Below are positions 34,901-50,000 of a stretch of DNA of 64,000 nt, piece after piece; position 1 is the stretch's first letter, and the number at the start of each line of letters is the position of its first letter. The translations under genes were made by a program, and so were the position numbers. Source of the DNA: an uncultured Acidobacteriota bacterium (lineage in GTDB: Bacteria > Acidobacteriota > Thermoanaerobaculia > Multivoradales > UBA5704); the NCBI GenBank assembly GCA_963770895.1, contig CAVYRF010000001.1, positions 416,001 to 480,000 of the forward strand. The letters run 5' to 3'. The notes under the pieces were generated by a model. That model was not told the origin of the DNA and ran no database searches. It worked only from the letters and a program-made list of their open reading frames with translations.

Positions 34901-37900
34901 GCGACCTCGACGTCGACCAGCACGAGGGCCAGGTCGCCGTCGTCGGCATGGCCGCGCGGCTGCCGGGCGCCCACGACGCCCGCGAGCTATGGCACAACCT
35001 GCGCGACGGGGTGGAGAGCATCACCTTCTTCACTCCGGAGGAGCTGGCCGCCGTGGGGGTGAGCCCCGAATTCCTCAGCGCATCCAACTTCGTCCGCGCC
35101 GCCCCCGTGCTGCGCGATTTCGACCGCTTCGACGCGGCGTTCTTCGGCTATTCCCCCCGCGAGGCCACGCTGCTCGATCCCCAGCAGCGGATCTTCCTGG
35201 AGTGCGCCTGGGAGGCCCTGGAGAGCGCCGGCTACCGGCCCGACGGTTGCGACGGGCTGGTGGGCGTCTACGCGGGGATGAGCATGAGCAGCTACCTGCT
35301 GTTCAACCTCCTGCCCAACCCGCGTCTCAACCTGGCCGAGGAGAGCTTTCAGCTCATGATCGGCACCGACAAGGACTTCCTGAGCACCCGGGTGTCCTAC
35401 CACCTGAACCTGAAGGGGCCGAGCCTCGACGTCCAGACCGGCTGCTCCACCTCGCTGGTGGCCACCCACCTGGCCTGCGAGGCGCTGCTGAGCTACCAGT
35501 GCGACATGGCTTTGGCGGGCGGTGTCTCGATCCAGGTGCCGCAGCGCTGGGGGTACTTCCACCAGGAGGGTGGGCTGGCGTCGCCCGACGGGCACTGCCG
35601 GGCCTTCGATGCCGCGGCCCGCGGGACGCTCTTCGGCAGCGGCGCCGGGATCGTGGTGCTCAAGCGGATGGCCGACGCCGTCGCGCAGCGGGACACGATC
35701 CTGGCGGTGATCAAGGGCTCGGCCATCAACAACGACGGCGCGGTCAAGGTCGGCTTCACCGCCCCCGGGGCGCAGGGGCAGGCCGAGGTCATCGCCCGCG
35801 CCCTGGCCATCGCCGGGGTGGAGCCGGAGACGGTCGGCTACGTGGAGGCCCACGGCACCGCCACCGCCCTGGGCGATTCGCTGGAGGTGTCGGCGCTGGC
35901 CAAGGCGTTCGGCCCCGCGGTGCCCCGCGAGTCCTGCGGCCTGGGGTCGGTGAAGACGAACGTCGGCCACCTCGACGCGGCCGCCGGAGCGGCCGGCCTG
36001 ATCAAGACCATCCTGGCCCTGCAGCACGGCCAGATCCCCCCCAGCCTGCACTTCCGGGAGCCGAACCCCAGGCTGGCGCTGAGCGAATCCCCCTTCTACG
36101 TCCCCACCACCCTCCTCCCCTGGAGCCGCGGGGCGACGCCCCGGCGGGCGGGCGTCAGCTCCTTCGGGATCGGCGGCACCAACGCGCACGTGGTGTTGGA
36201 GGAGGCGCCTCTCCCGTTGCCGGTGGAAGAGGGGAGACCGCTGCAGATCCTGCCGCTCTCCGCCCGCACCGAGGACGAGCTGGAGCGGGCGTCCGCCGCC
36301 TTGCGCGAGCGCCTGGAGGAGCCGGGCGACCTGTCTCTGGCCGACGTGGCCTTCACCCTGCAAGCGGGCCGCAAGCGCTTCCCCTGCCGGCGCGTCGTCC
36401 TCTGCCGCGGTTTCGAGGAGGCCCGGGCGCGGCTCGGCGGGCTCGACCCGGCGGGCTCCTGGCAGGAGCGCAACGAAGCCGACGATCGGCCGGTGGTCTT
36501 CCTGTTCCCAGGAGGTGGGACCCAGTACCCGGGCATGGGCGCCGGTCTCTACCGGGAGGAGCCGGTCTTCCGCGCCGAGATCGACCGCTGCGCCGTCCTG
36601 CTGCGCGGCGAGCTCGGCTTCGACGCGCGGGAACTCCTCTATCCCGCGCCTGACCGCGCCGCCGAGGCGGAGCGGCGGATGAAGCGGACCGCCCTCGCGC
36701 TGCCTTGTCTGTTCAGCGTCGAATACGCCCTGGCCCGGCTGCTGATGTCCTGGGGCCTCCGCCCCCAGGCGCTGGTCGGCCACAGCCTCGGCGAGTACGT
36801 GGCGGCCTGCCTCGCCGGGGTCTTCCGCCTGGAGGACGCCCTGACCCTGGTGGCGGTCCGCGGGCGGCTCCTGGAGCAGATCCCGAGCGGCGCCATGCTC
36901 AGCGTGCCGCTCCCCGAGGGAGAGGTGCGGCCCCTGATGGCGGCAGCGGGCCCCACCCTCGCCCTGGCCGCGGTGAACGGCCCGGCCCAATGCGTGGTTT
37001 CCGGGCCGCTCGCCGAGGTGGACGCCCTTGCCGCCCTGCTGGAGGAGGAGGACGTGGAGTTCCGGCGCGTTCAGATCGACGTCGCCAGCCACTCCCCCCT
37101 GGTGGAGCCGATCCTGGAGCCGTTCCTGCGCTGCCTCGATCGTCTGCAGCTGGGGCCGCCCCAGATCCCCTTCCTGTCGAACCTGAGCGGCACCTGGGCG
37201 ATCGCGGACGAGGTGACCCGGTCCACCTACTGGGTCCGCCACCTGCGCCACACCGTGCGCTTCGGCGACAGCGTCCGCGAGCTCCTCGCCGATCCGGATT
37301 GGGCCCTGGTCGAGGTCGGCCCCGGGCGCACCTTGACCACGCTGGCGCAGGGGATCGCGGCAGCGCGGTCGGGCCGGGTGATCCTGCCCACGCTGCGCCA
37401 CGCCCAGGAGCGGACGCCCGACGGCGAGCTGCTGAGCGGCACCCTGGGGCGGCTGTGGCTGGCCGGCCTGCGCATCGACTGGACGGCGCTCCACCCGGCA
37501 CCGCGCCGGCGGGTGCCCCTGCCGACCTACCCCTTCTCGCGCCAGCGCTGCTGGATCGATCCGGCCCCCGCCGCGGCTCGCCCCGCCGCGGGCAAGACGC
37601 CGGACGTCTCCTCCTGGCTCTACCTTCCCTGCTGGAAGCCGGCCCTGCCGCCGCCGCCCGCTCGCGAAGCTCTCGCCGCGCTGGGGCCCGTCCTGGCGCT
37701 CGCCGCCGACGGCCCGCTGCCGCCGCTGGCCGCGGCCCTGCTGGAAGGCATGGCGGCAGCGGGGACGGCCGTGATGGTGGCGCGGCCCGGGGAGGAGGAG
37801 CTGGGGGCCCTGCTCGACCGGCTCGACGCCAAGGGTTGGTTGCCGGCCGCGGTGCTGCACCTCCGCACCCTGGGAGCGCCGGCGGAGGATCGGGAGGGCA

Positions 37901-39384
37901 GCTTCTTCAGCCTGCTCCACCTGGCCCAGGTCCTGGGCGAGCGCGGGCCGGGCCGGCCCTGCCGGCTGCTGGTGGTCTCGGACCACCTCCACCGGGTGGA
38001 CGGCACGGACGTCCTGCTGCCGGAACGCGCGCTCCTCCTGGGGCCCTGCCAGGTCATCCCCCAGGAATATCCCGGCATCCGGGCCCAGTCGGTCGACGTT
38101 CCGCCCCGCATGGCGGAGGGGCCGGAGGCGCTGCAGCTGGCCGGCTGGATCATCGCCGAGCTGGCGGCGGCGCGGCCGCAGCCCGTGGTGGCCTACCGCG
38201 ATGGGCGGCGCTGGCTGCCGGGGTTCGAGCCGGCCTCCCTGGCCAGCGGCGGAGGGGTGCGGCGTCTGCGCCCGCGGGGGGTCTACGTGCTGACCGGCGG
38301 CCTGGGCGGCGTCGGCATGCTGGTGGCGCGGGAGCTGGCCCGATCGGTCGGGGCGCGCCTGGTGCTCGTGGCGCGCACCGCGTCCGCGGAGCGCGACGCC
38401 GGGCGGCTCCAGGAGCTGGAGGCCCTGGGGGCGGAGGTCCTGGTGGCGGCGGCCGACGTGGCCGACCGGGAGCAGATGCAGGCCGTGCTCGACCGCGCCA
38501 CGGAGCGCTTCGGCGCCATCCACGGCGTCTTCCACCTCGCCGGCTACAGTGGCCAGGCGACCGTCAAGCTGATCCCCGAGGTCGACCGCGCCGAGGCCGA
38601 GCGCCACTTCCGGGCGAAGGTCGACGGCACCCGCGTGCTGGCGGAGCTGCTGGCCGGCCGGGCACTGGACTTCTGCCTTCTCTTCTCGTCCAACGCCGCC
38701 GTCCTGGGGGGGCTCGGCGCCGTCGCGTACGCGGCGGCCAACCGTTTCCTGGACGCCTTCGCGGCGGCGCGGCCGGGCGGCGGCGCGCCCTGGCTCAGCG
38801 TCAGCTGGGACGGCTGGCAGCTGGCCGCCGGGGCGCTGCTGGGTTCGTTCCAGTCCAGCCTCGACCGCTATTCCATGACCCCCGCCGAGGGCCTGGAGGT
38901 GCTGCGGCGCGTCGTCGAGCAGGTCCCGCCGGGCCGCGTGGTGGTCTCGACCGGCGACTTGCGCGCCCGCCTGGTCGAGTCGGCGGTGGCGGAGCGCGAC
39001 GAAGCCGCCGGTGGCCCGCCGACGGTCGTGGCCCGCGGGGCGATCTCCGCGGCGCCCACCAACGAGATCGAGACGCGGGTGGCGGCGGTCTGGAGCTCGC
39101 TGCTGGGCTTCGACGAGATCGGCATCGACGACAACTTCTTCGATCTCGGCGGCAGCTCGCTGCTCGGCCTGCGGGTGGTTTCCCGGCTGCAGCGGGAGCT
39201 GGGCATCGAGATCCCCATGGTCAAGCTCTTCGAGGGGCCGACCGTCCGCTCGTTCGCCCGCCTGCTCGCCGCGGTGGAGGCCCCGGCGGCAACCGCGCTG
39301 GCGGACAGCAGCGATCGCGGCGCGCGGCGGCGCGGGCAACGGCCGGTCGCCGCCGAGGAAGCGGTTCTCCGGGAGCACGCGTGA
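34897..39384 (+). CDS. Type I PKS module KS-AT-KR-ACP
   Basis: KS QTGCSTS/EAHGTAT/NVGHL; AT GHSLG with DVASHS; KR TGGLGGVG, SSNAAVLGGLGAVAYAAAN; ACP LGGSSL. ATGA overlap. Confidence 0.95.
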   Translation: MSDLDVDQHEGQVAVVGMAARLPGAHDARELWHNLRDGVESITFFTPEELAAVGVSPEFLSASNFVRAAPVLRDFDRFDAAFFGYSPREATLLDPQQRIFLECAWEALESAGYRPDGCDGLVGVYAGMSMSSYLLFNLLPNPRLNLAEESFQLMIGTDKDFLSTRVSYHLNLKGPSLDVQTGCSTSLVATHLACEALLSYQCDMALAGGVSIQVPQRWGYFHQEGGLASPDGHCRAFDAAARGTLFGSGAGIVVLKRMADAVAQRDTILAVIKGSAINNDGAVKVGFTAPGAQGQAEVIARALAIAGVEPETVGYVEAHGTATALGDSLEVSALAKAFGPAVPRESCGLGSVKTNVGHLDAAAGAAGLIKTILALQHGQIPPSLHFREPNPRLALSESPFYVPTTLLPWSRGATPRRAGVSSFGIGGTNAHVVLEEAPLPLPVEEGRPLQILPLSARTEDELERASAALRERLEEPGDLSLADVAFTLQAGRKRFPCRRVVLCRGFEEARARLGGLDPAGSWQERNEADDRPVVFLFPGGGTQYPGMGAGLYREEPVFRAEIDRCAVLLRGELGFDARELLYPAPDRAAEAERRMKRTALALPCLFSVEYALARLLMSWGLRPQALVGHSLGEYVAACLAGVFRLEDALTLVAVRGRLLEQIPSGAMLSVPLPEGEVRPLMAAAGPTLALAAVNGPAQCVVSGPLAEVDALAALLEEEDVEFRRVQIDVASHSPLVEPILEPFLRCLDRLQLGPPQIPFLSNLSGTWAIADEVTRSTYWVRHLRHTVRFGDSVRELLADPDWALVEVGPGRTLTTLAQGIAAARSGRVILPTLRHAQERTPDGELLSGTLGRLWLAGLRIDWTALHPAPRRRVPLPTYPFSRQRCWIDPAPAAARPAAGKTPDVSSWLYLPCWKPALPPPPAREALAALGPVLALAADGPLPPLAAALLEGMAAAGTAVMVARPGEEELGALLDRLDAKGWLPAAVLHLRTLGAPAEDREGSFFSLLHLAQVLGERGPGRPCRLLVVSDHLHRVDGTDVLLPERALLLGPCQVIPQEYPGIRAQSVDVPPRMAEGPEALQLAGWIIAELAAARPQPVVAYRDGRRWLPGFEPASLASGGGVRRLRPRGVYVLTGGLGGVGMLVARELARSVGARLVLVARTASAERDAGRLQELEALGAEVLVAAADVADREQMQAVLDRATERFGAIHGVFHLAGYSGQATVKLIPEVDRAEAERHFRAKVDGTRVLAELLAGRALDFCLLFSSNAAVLGGLGAVAYAAANRFLDAFAAARPGGGAPWLSVSWDGWQLAAGALLGSFQSSLDRYSMTPAEGLEVLRRVVEQVPPGRVVVSTGDLRARLVESAVAERDEAAGGPPTVVARGAISAAPTNEIETRVAAVWSSLLGFDEIGIDDNFFDLGGSSLLGLRVVSRLQRELGIEIPMVKLFEGPTVRSFARLLAAVEAPAATALADSSDRGARRRGQRPVAAEEAVLREHA

Positions 39385-42300
39385 GCGCGTCGGGGGTCGC
39401 CATCATCGGCCTCGCCGGCCGCTTCCCGGGCGCCGCCTCGGTGGAGGAGCTGTGGCGCAACCTCTGCCGAGGGGTGGAGTCGGTGCGCTTCCTGGAACGG
39501 GCAGAGGTGCTGTCGCGGGGCGTCGATCCCGCTCTGGCGGACGATCCGGCGTTCGTGCCGGCCGAGGCCCTGCCCGACGGCGTCGAGCTGTTCGACGCGG
39601 CCTTCTTCGACATGAGCCACCGCGAGGCCGAGATCACCGATCCGCAGCACCGGCTGCTCCTGGAGTGCGCCTGCCACGCCCTGGAGGACGCGGGCTACGA
39701 CCCGACGCGCGCTCCGGGCCCGGTGGGGATCTTCGCCGGGGCCACCCTCAATACCTACCTGCCGCTGCACCTGATGAGCGATCCCGGCCTGCTCGCCTCG
39801 CTCGACCCGATGCAGGTGAACGTCGCCAGCGCGGCCGACTTCCTGACCACCCGGATCTCCTACAAGCTCAACTTGCAGGGGCCGAGCCTGGGCGTCCAGA
39901 GCGCCTGCTCGACCTCGCTGGTGGCGGTGGCGCTCGCCTGCCAGAAGCTGCTGGACCAGGAGTGCGACCTGGCGCTGGCGGGCGGGGTGTCGCTCAACGC
40001 CAGCCTGCGCGGCGGCTACCGGTACGTGGTGGGCGGGGTGATGTCGCCGGACGGCCACTGCCGCCCCTTCGACGCCCGGGCCCGGGGGACGGTCTTCGGC
40101 GGCGGTGTCGGCCTGGTGGTCCTCAAGCGGCTGGAAGAGGCCCTGACGGACGGTGACACGGTGCGGGCGGTGATCCGCGGCGCCGCGGTCAACAACGACG
40201 GCTGGCGGAAGGTGGGCTATACCGCCCCCAGCGTCGAGGGGCAGGCGAGCGTGGTGGCCGAGGCCCTCGCCAACGCGGGGATCTCGCCCGCGACGGTCGG
40301 TTACCTGGAGGCCCACGGCACCGCCACCCCGCTGGGCGATCCGGTCGAGGTCGAGGCGCTCACGCGGGCCTTCCGCGCGGCGACGGAGCGGCGCGGCTTC
40401 TGCGCCCTCGGCTCGATCAAGGGCAACGTCGGGCACCTCGACGCCGCGGGAGGGGTGACCGGCCTGATCAAGGCCGCCCTCTGCCTGGAGCGCGAGGCGA
40501 TCCCGCCGGTCTGCGGCTTCCGCTCGCCCAACCCGGAGATCGACCTGGCCGGCAGCCCCTTTCACGTCAACACGGAGCTCGTGGAGTGGCCGCGCGGGAG
40601 CGAGCCCCGCCGGGCCGGGGTGAGCTCCTTCGGGGCTGGCGGCACCAACGCCCACCTGGTCCTGGAGGAGGCGCCCGCGGCAGCGCCGGGAGGAGCGTCG
40701 CGGCCGTGGCAGCTGCTGGTCCTGTCGGCGCGCACGGCCTCCTCCCTGACGGCGGCGACGGAGGCGCTGGCCTGCTGCCTGGAGAGCGCGCCGCACCTCG
40801 ACGGCCCCGGACTGGCCGACGCCGCCTTCACCCTCCAGCTCGGCCGCCGCGCCTTCGAGCAGCGGCGCGCCGTGGTCTGCCGTGGCCGGGAACCCGCCAG
40901 CGCCGCCCTGCGCCAGCCCCACCGGTGGCGGGACGGGGCGCCGATCAAGGGTGGCCCCGCCCTGGCCTTCCTCTTCCCGGGCCAGGGCGCCCAGGCGGCG
41001 GGAGTCGCCGCCGGCCTGTACGCGGAGGAGCCGGTCTTTCGCTCCGAGGTCGACCGCTGCGTCGAGATCGTGGCCCCGGATCGCGGGGAAGAGCTGCGGG
41101 CCCTGTGGCGCGATGGCCTGGAGACGGAGCGGCTGCTGCGCACCGACTGGGTGCAGCCGGCCCTGCTGATCGTCGAGCTCGCCCTGGCCCACCTCCTCGC
41201 CAGCTGGGGGATCCGCCCTGCGGCGCTGGCGGGCCACAGTCTGGGCGAATACGCCGCGGCCTGTCTGGCCGGCGTCTTCTCCCGCGAGGACGCCCTGCGC
41301 CTGGTGGCCGCCCGCGGCCGGTTGATGCGCGAGCTCCCGGCCGGCGCCATGCTCGCCGTCCCCCTGGCGGAGGAGGAGCTGGAGCCCTGGCTGGCCGCCG
41401 GCTCCGGGCTGGCGCTGGCCGCCGTCAACGGGCGCGGGCGTTGCGTGGCGGCCGGGCCCCTGGAGGCGGTGGAGGAGCTGGAACGCCGCCTCGCCGGCGA
41501 GGGGGTGAGCGGGCGGCGCCTCGCCACCTCCCACGCCTTCCACTCGCCGGCCCTCGACCCGCTGGTGGAGCGCTTCATCGGGCTGGTGGCCGCAGTGGAG
41601 ATGCGGCCGCCGGAAATCCCCTTCCTTTCCAACGTCACCGGCACCTGGATCCGGGCCGAGGAGGCCGTGGATCCCCGCTACTGGGGGCGGCAGATGCGCC
41701 GCACCGTGCGCTTTGCCGACAACCTGGACGAGCTGCTGCGCGACCCCCGCCATCTCCTGCTCGAGGTGGGGCCCGGCAAGACGCTGAGCCTGCTCGCCCG
41801 GCGCCACCCCGGGGCGGACCCCGGCCGGGTGGTGGCCGCGCTCGACGGCGCGGCGGGGACGGCGGAGCCGGCGGCGCTCCTCGACGCCGCCGGCAAGCTC
41901 TGGACGCGCGGCGTGGAGGTGGACTGGCGAGGCCTCCATGCCGGCGGCCGGCGGCGCCGGGTCTCCCTCCCCGGCTACGTCTTCGACCGCGGCCGCTACT
42001 GGATCGAGCGCCGGCCGCCGGCCGCCGGCGTGGCGCCGGGCCGCCCGGCCGAAGAGGCACCGGCGGCGGCGGAGGGCGCAGCGGCTGTGCGTCCCGCCCT
42101 GCACCCGCGGCCCGAGCTGGAGACCGTTTACGTCGCGCCGGGATCCTCGCTGGAGCGGCGGATCGCCGAGGTCTGGCAGCAGTGCCTGGGGGTCGACCGG
42201 GTCGGCATGCTCGACAGCTTCTTCGCGCTGGGCGGGGACTCGCTGCTCGCCGTGCAGACCATCGACCGCCTGCGGCGCGACCTGGGCCGCGAGATACCGG

Positions 42301-42460
42301 CGACCGACGTCTACGAAGGGATCACCGTGCGCGATCTCGCCCGGCTCCTGGAGCCCGCCGCGGCGGCGGCGCCCGGCGACGGAAACCGGCAGCTGCGGAT
42401 GCTCTCCCGCCGGTCGCTGCAGCGCGAAATGCGGGTCCGCCGCAGACAGGAGGAGGTGAG

Positions 42461-42464
<4 letters not shown>
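39381..42464 (+). CDS. Type I PKS module KS-AT-ACP (non-reducing)
   Basis: KS QSACSTS/EAHGTAT/NVGHL; AT GHSLG, HAFH (malonyl-type); ACP LGGDSL. GTGA overlap. Confidence 0.95.
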
Positions 42465-47023
<4,559 letters not shown>

Positions 47024-47025
47024 CG

Positions 47026-50000
47026 ATGAGCGAGCACGCCAAGGGCATCGACGTGCTCTCGCCGGCGAAGCGGGCCCTCTTCGAGCGGCTGCTGGCGGAC
47101 CGGGCCCGCGCGCGCCGGGGGGCGGCCACGCCCGCCGGCGGGATCTCGCCGCGCCCGGCGGGTCTCGCCACCCTGCCGCTCTCCTTTGCCCAGCAGCGGC
47201 TCTGGTTCCTGGACCGCCTGGACGGCGGCAACCCCGCCTATCACGTGCCGATTCCGGTGCGACTGCGCGGGGCGCTCGACGTCGGCGCCCTGCACGCCTC
47301 CCTGCTGGCGGTGATCGGCCGCCACGAGGTTTTGCGCACCACGTTCGACGAGGCGGCGGGACAGCCCTTCCAGGTCATCCACGCGCGGGCGTCCCTGCCG
47401 TGGGCAGAAGCCGACCTGCGGGGGCTCGGCGAGGCCGGTGAGGAGGAGAGCCGGCTGGCGGTGTCGGTGGCAGCCCGCCGACCGTTCGACCTGCGGGCCG
47501 GTCCGCTGTTGCGCGGCCTCCTCCTGCGCCTGGACGAGCGCGAGCACGTGCTGCTGCTGACCATCCACCACGTCGTGTTCGACGGTTGGTCGATCAGCCT
47601 GCTGATCCGCGAGCTCGACGCGCTGTACCGCGCCGCCCTGGCGGGCGAGGCCGCGCACCTGCCGCCGCTCCCCATCCAGTATGCCGATTTCGCGCTCTGG
47701 CAGCGGCAATGGGAGGCGGCGGGAGGGCTGGACGCGCAGCTCGGCTACTGGCGGCGGCAGCTGGCCGGGGTCGACGAGCTCCTGCCGCTGCCCACCGACC
47801 GGCCGCGTCCGGCGGTCCAGACCCACGCCGGAGCGACGCGGAGCGGCCGGCTCGAGCCCGAGCTGGCGCACCGCCTGCGCCGGCTGGCCCGCGCGCAGGG
47901 GACGACGCTGTTCGTGGTGCTCCTGGCGGCGTTCCAGGGGTTGCTCCACCGGCTGACGGGGAGTCCGGCGATCGCGGTGGGGACGCCGATCGCCAACCGC
48001 AACCAGGTGGAGACGGATGGGGTCATCGGGTTCTTCGTCAACACGCTGGTGATGCGCGCCGAGGTGAGCGGCGATCTCCGCTTCCGCGAACTGGTGGCGC
48101 GGGTCCGCGAGGTGGCCCTGGGCGCCTACGCCCACCAGGACCTGCCTTTCGAGAAGCTGGTGGAGGCTCTGCAGCCGCGGCGCGACCTCAGCCGGCCGCC
48201 GCTCTTCCAGGTGCTGCTGGCGTTCCGCAACACGCCGAAGGCCGGCTTCGCGCTGCCGGGCCTGGACGTCGAGATGCTGCCCCTCGATGCGGGGGTGACG
48301 CAGTTCGACCTGACGCTATCGATGTCCGAGGACGGCGAGACGATCCCCATCGACCTGGTCTACAACCTCGACCTCTTCGATCCGCCGACCGCCAGCCGCC
48401 TGCTCGGCTACTTCCGCAACCTCCTGGCCGCTCTCGGCGGCAGCGGCGAGCGGCGTGTCGGCGAGCTCCCCCTGCTCACCGCGGCCGAGGCCCACCAGAG
48501 CCTGCGGGAATGGAACGACACCGGGACCGGCTACGGGGCTGGCGGCACACCGCTGCACGAGCTCGTCGCGGCGCAGGCGGCGCGCTCGCCCGACCGGACG
48601 GCGCTGGTCTTCGGCGGCGCCTGCCTGACCTATGGCGAGCTCGACGCCCGCGCCAACCGGCTCGCCCATCACCTGGTCCACCTCGGGGTCAAGACGGAGT
48701 CGCGGGTGGGCTTGGCGGTGGAGCGCTCGTTCGACATGGTGATCGGCATCCTGGGCATCCTCAAGGCGGGCGGGGCCTATGTGCCCTTCGACCCCCACGG
48801 CCCCGCCGAGCGCCTGGCCCGCATGGTGGACGACGCCCGGATTGAGGCGCTATTGACAGAGGACGGCGCGATCGGCCGGCTGCCGCGGACCGCGGTGCCC
48901 GTCGTCTGCCTCGATACCGGCTGGGCGGAGGTGGCGCAGTACCCGATATTTGCGCCGGCGATCGCGGTCGCGGCCGACCAGCTCGCCTACGTGATTTTCA
49001 CCTCCGGCTCCTCCGGGCGCCCGAAAGGGGCGATGAACACCCATCGCGGGGTCTGCAACCGGTTGCTCTGGATGCAGGCGACCTATGCCCTCACGGCGGC
49101 GGACCGGGTGCTCCAGAAGACCCCGGCCAGCTTCGACGTCTCGGTGTGGGAGCTCTTCTGGCCGTTGCTCACCGGCGCCTGCCTGGTGGTCGCCCGGCCG
49201 CAAGGGCACCAGGATCCGGCGTATCTCGCGCGGACCATGGCGGCGGCAGGGATCACCACCGTCCACTTCGTCCCGTCCATGCTCCAGGCCTTCCTCGCGG
49301 AGGATCTCCCGGCCGGTGCCTGTCTACGGCGGCTGATCTGCAGCGGCGAGTCGCTGTCGCCTGAGCTGGCGCGCCGCGCCTCGGCCCGGTTCGGCGAGAC
49401 CGTGGAGCTGCACAACCTGTACGGACCCACGGAAGCGGCCGTGGACGTCACCGCCTGGGCCTGCCCGGCGGCGGCCGACCTGCACAGCGTTCCCATCGGG
49501 CGCCCCATCGCCAACTTGCGGGTCCACGTCGTGGACGGCGGCCGGCGCCCGGTACCGATCGGCGTATGCGGAGAGCTGCTCATCGGCGGCGTCGGGCTCG
49601 CGCGCGGCTACCTGCGCCGGCCGGACCTCACGGCGGAGCGCTTCGTCCCGGACCCGTTCGGCGCCGCCGGCGAGCGTCTCTACCGCACCGGCGACCTGGC
49701 GCGCCTGCTCCCCTCCGGGGTGATCGAGATCCTGGGGCGGATCGACCAGCAGGTGAAGATCCGGGGCGTCCGCATCGAGCTGGGAGAGATCGAGGCCGCC
49801 CTGGAACGGGCTCCCGCCGTGCGGGCGGCGGCGGTCCTCGCCCGGCCGGACCGTACCGGAGAGTCCACCTTGATGGCCTGGGTCGCGGTGGACGGTCCGC
49901 CGCCGGGGGTCGCGGAGCTGCGGGACTTCCTGCGCCGCCAGCTGCCCGAGGTCATGGTGCCCGCGCTGTTCACCTTCGTCGAGGCCCTGCCGCTCAACGC

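Noticed and set aside
31069-42460. Very long overlapping N-terminal extensions of PKS ORFs (31069, 36705, 40586) suggesting frameshifting or overlapping genes
   Set aside because: The extensions are Arg/Pro/Gly-rich off-frame translations typical of high-GC DNA. True starts at 34897, 39381 and 42461 overlap the upstream stops (ATGA/GTGA).
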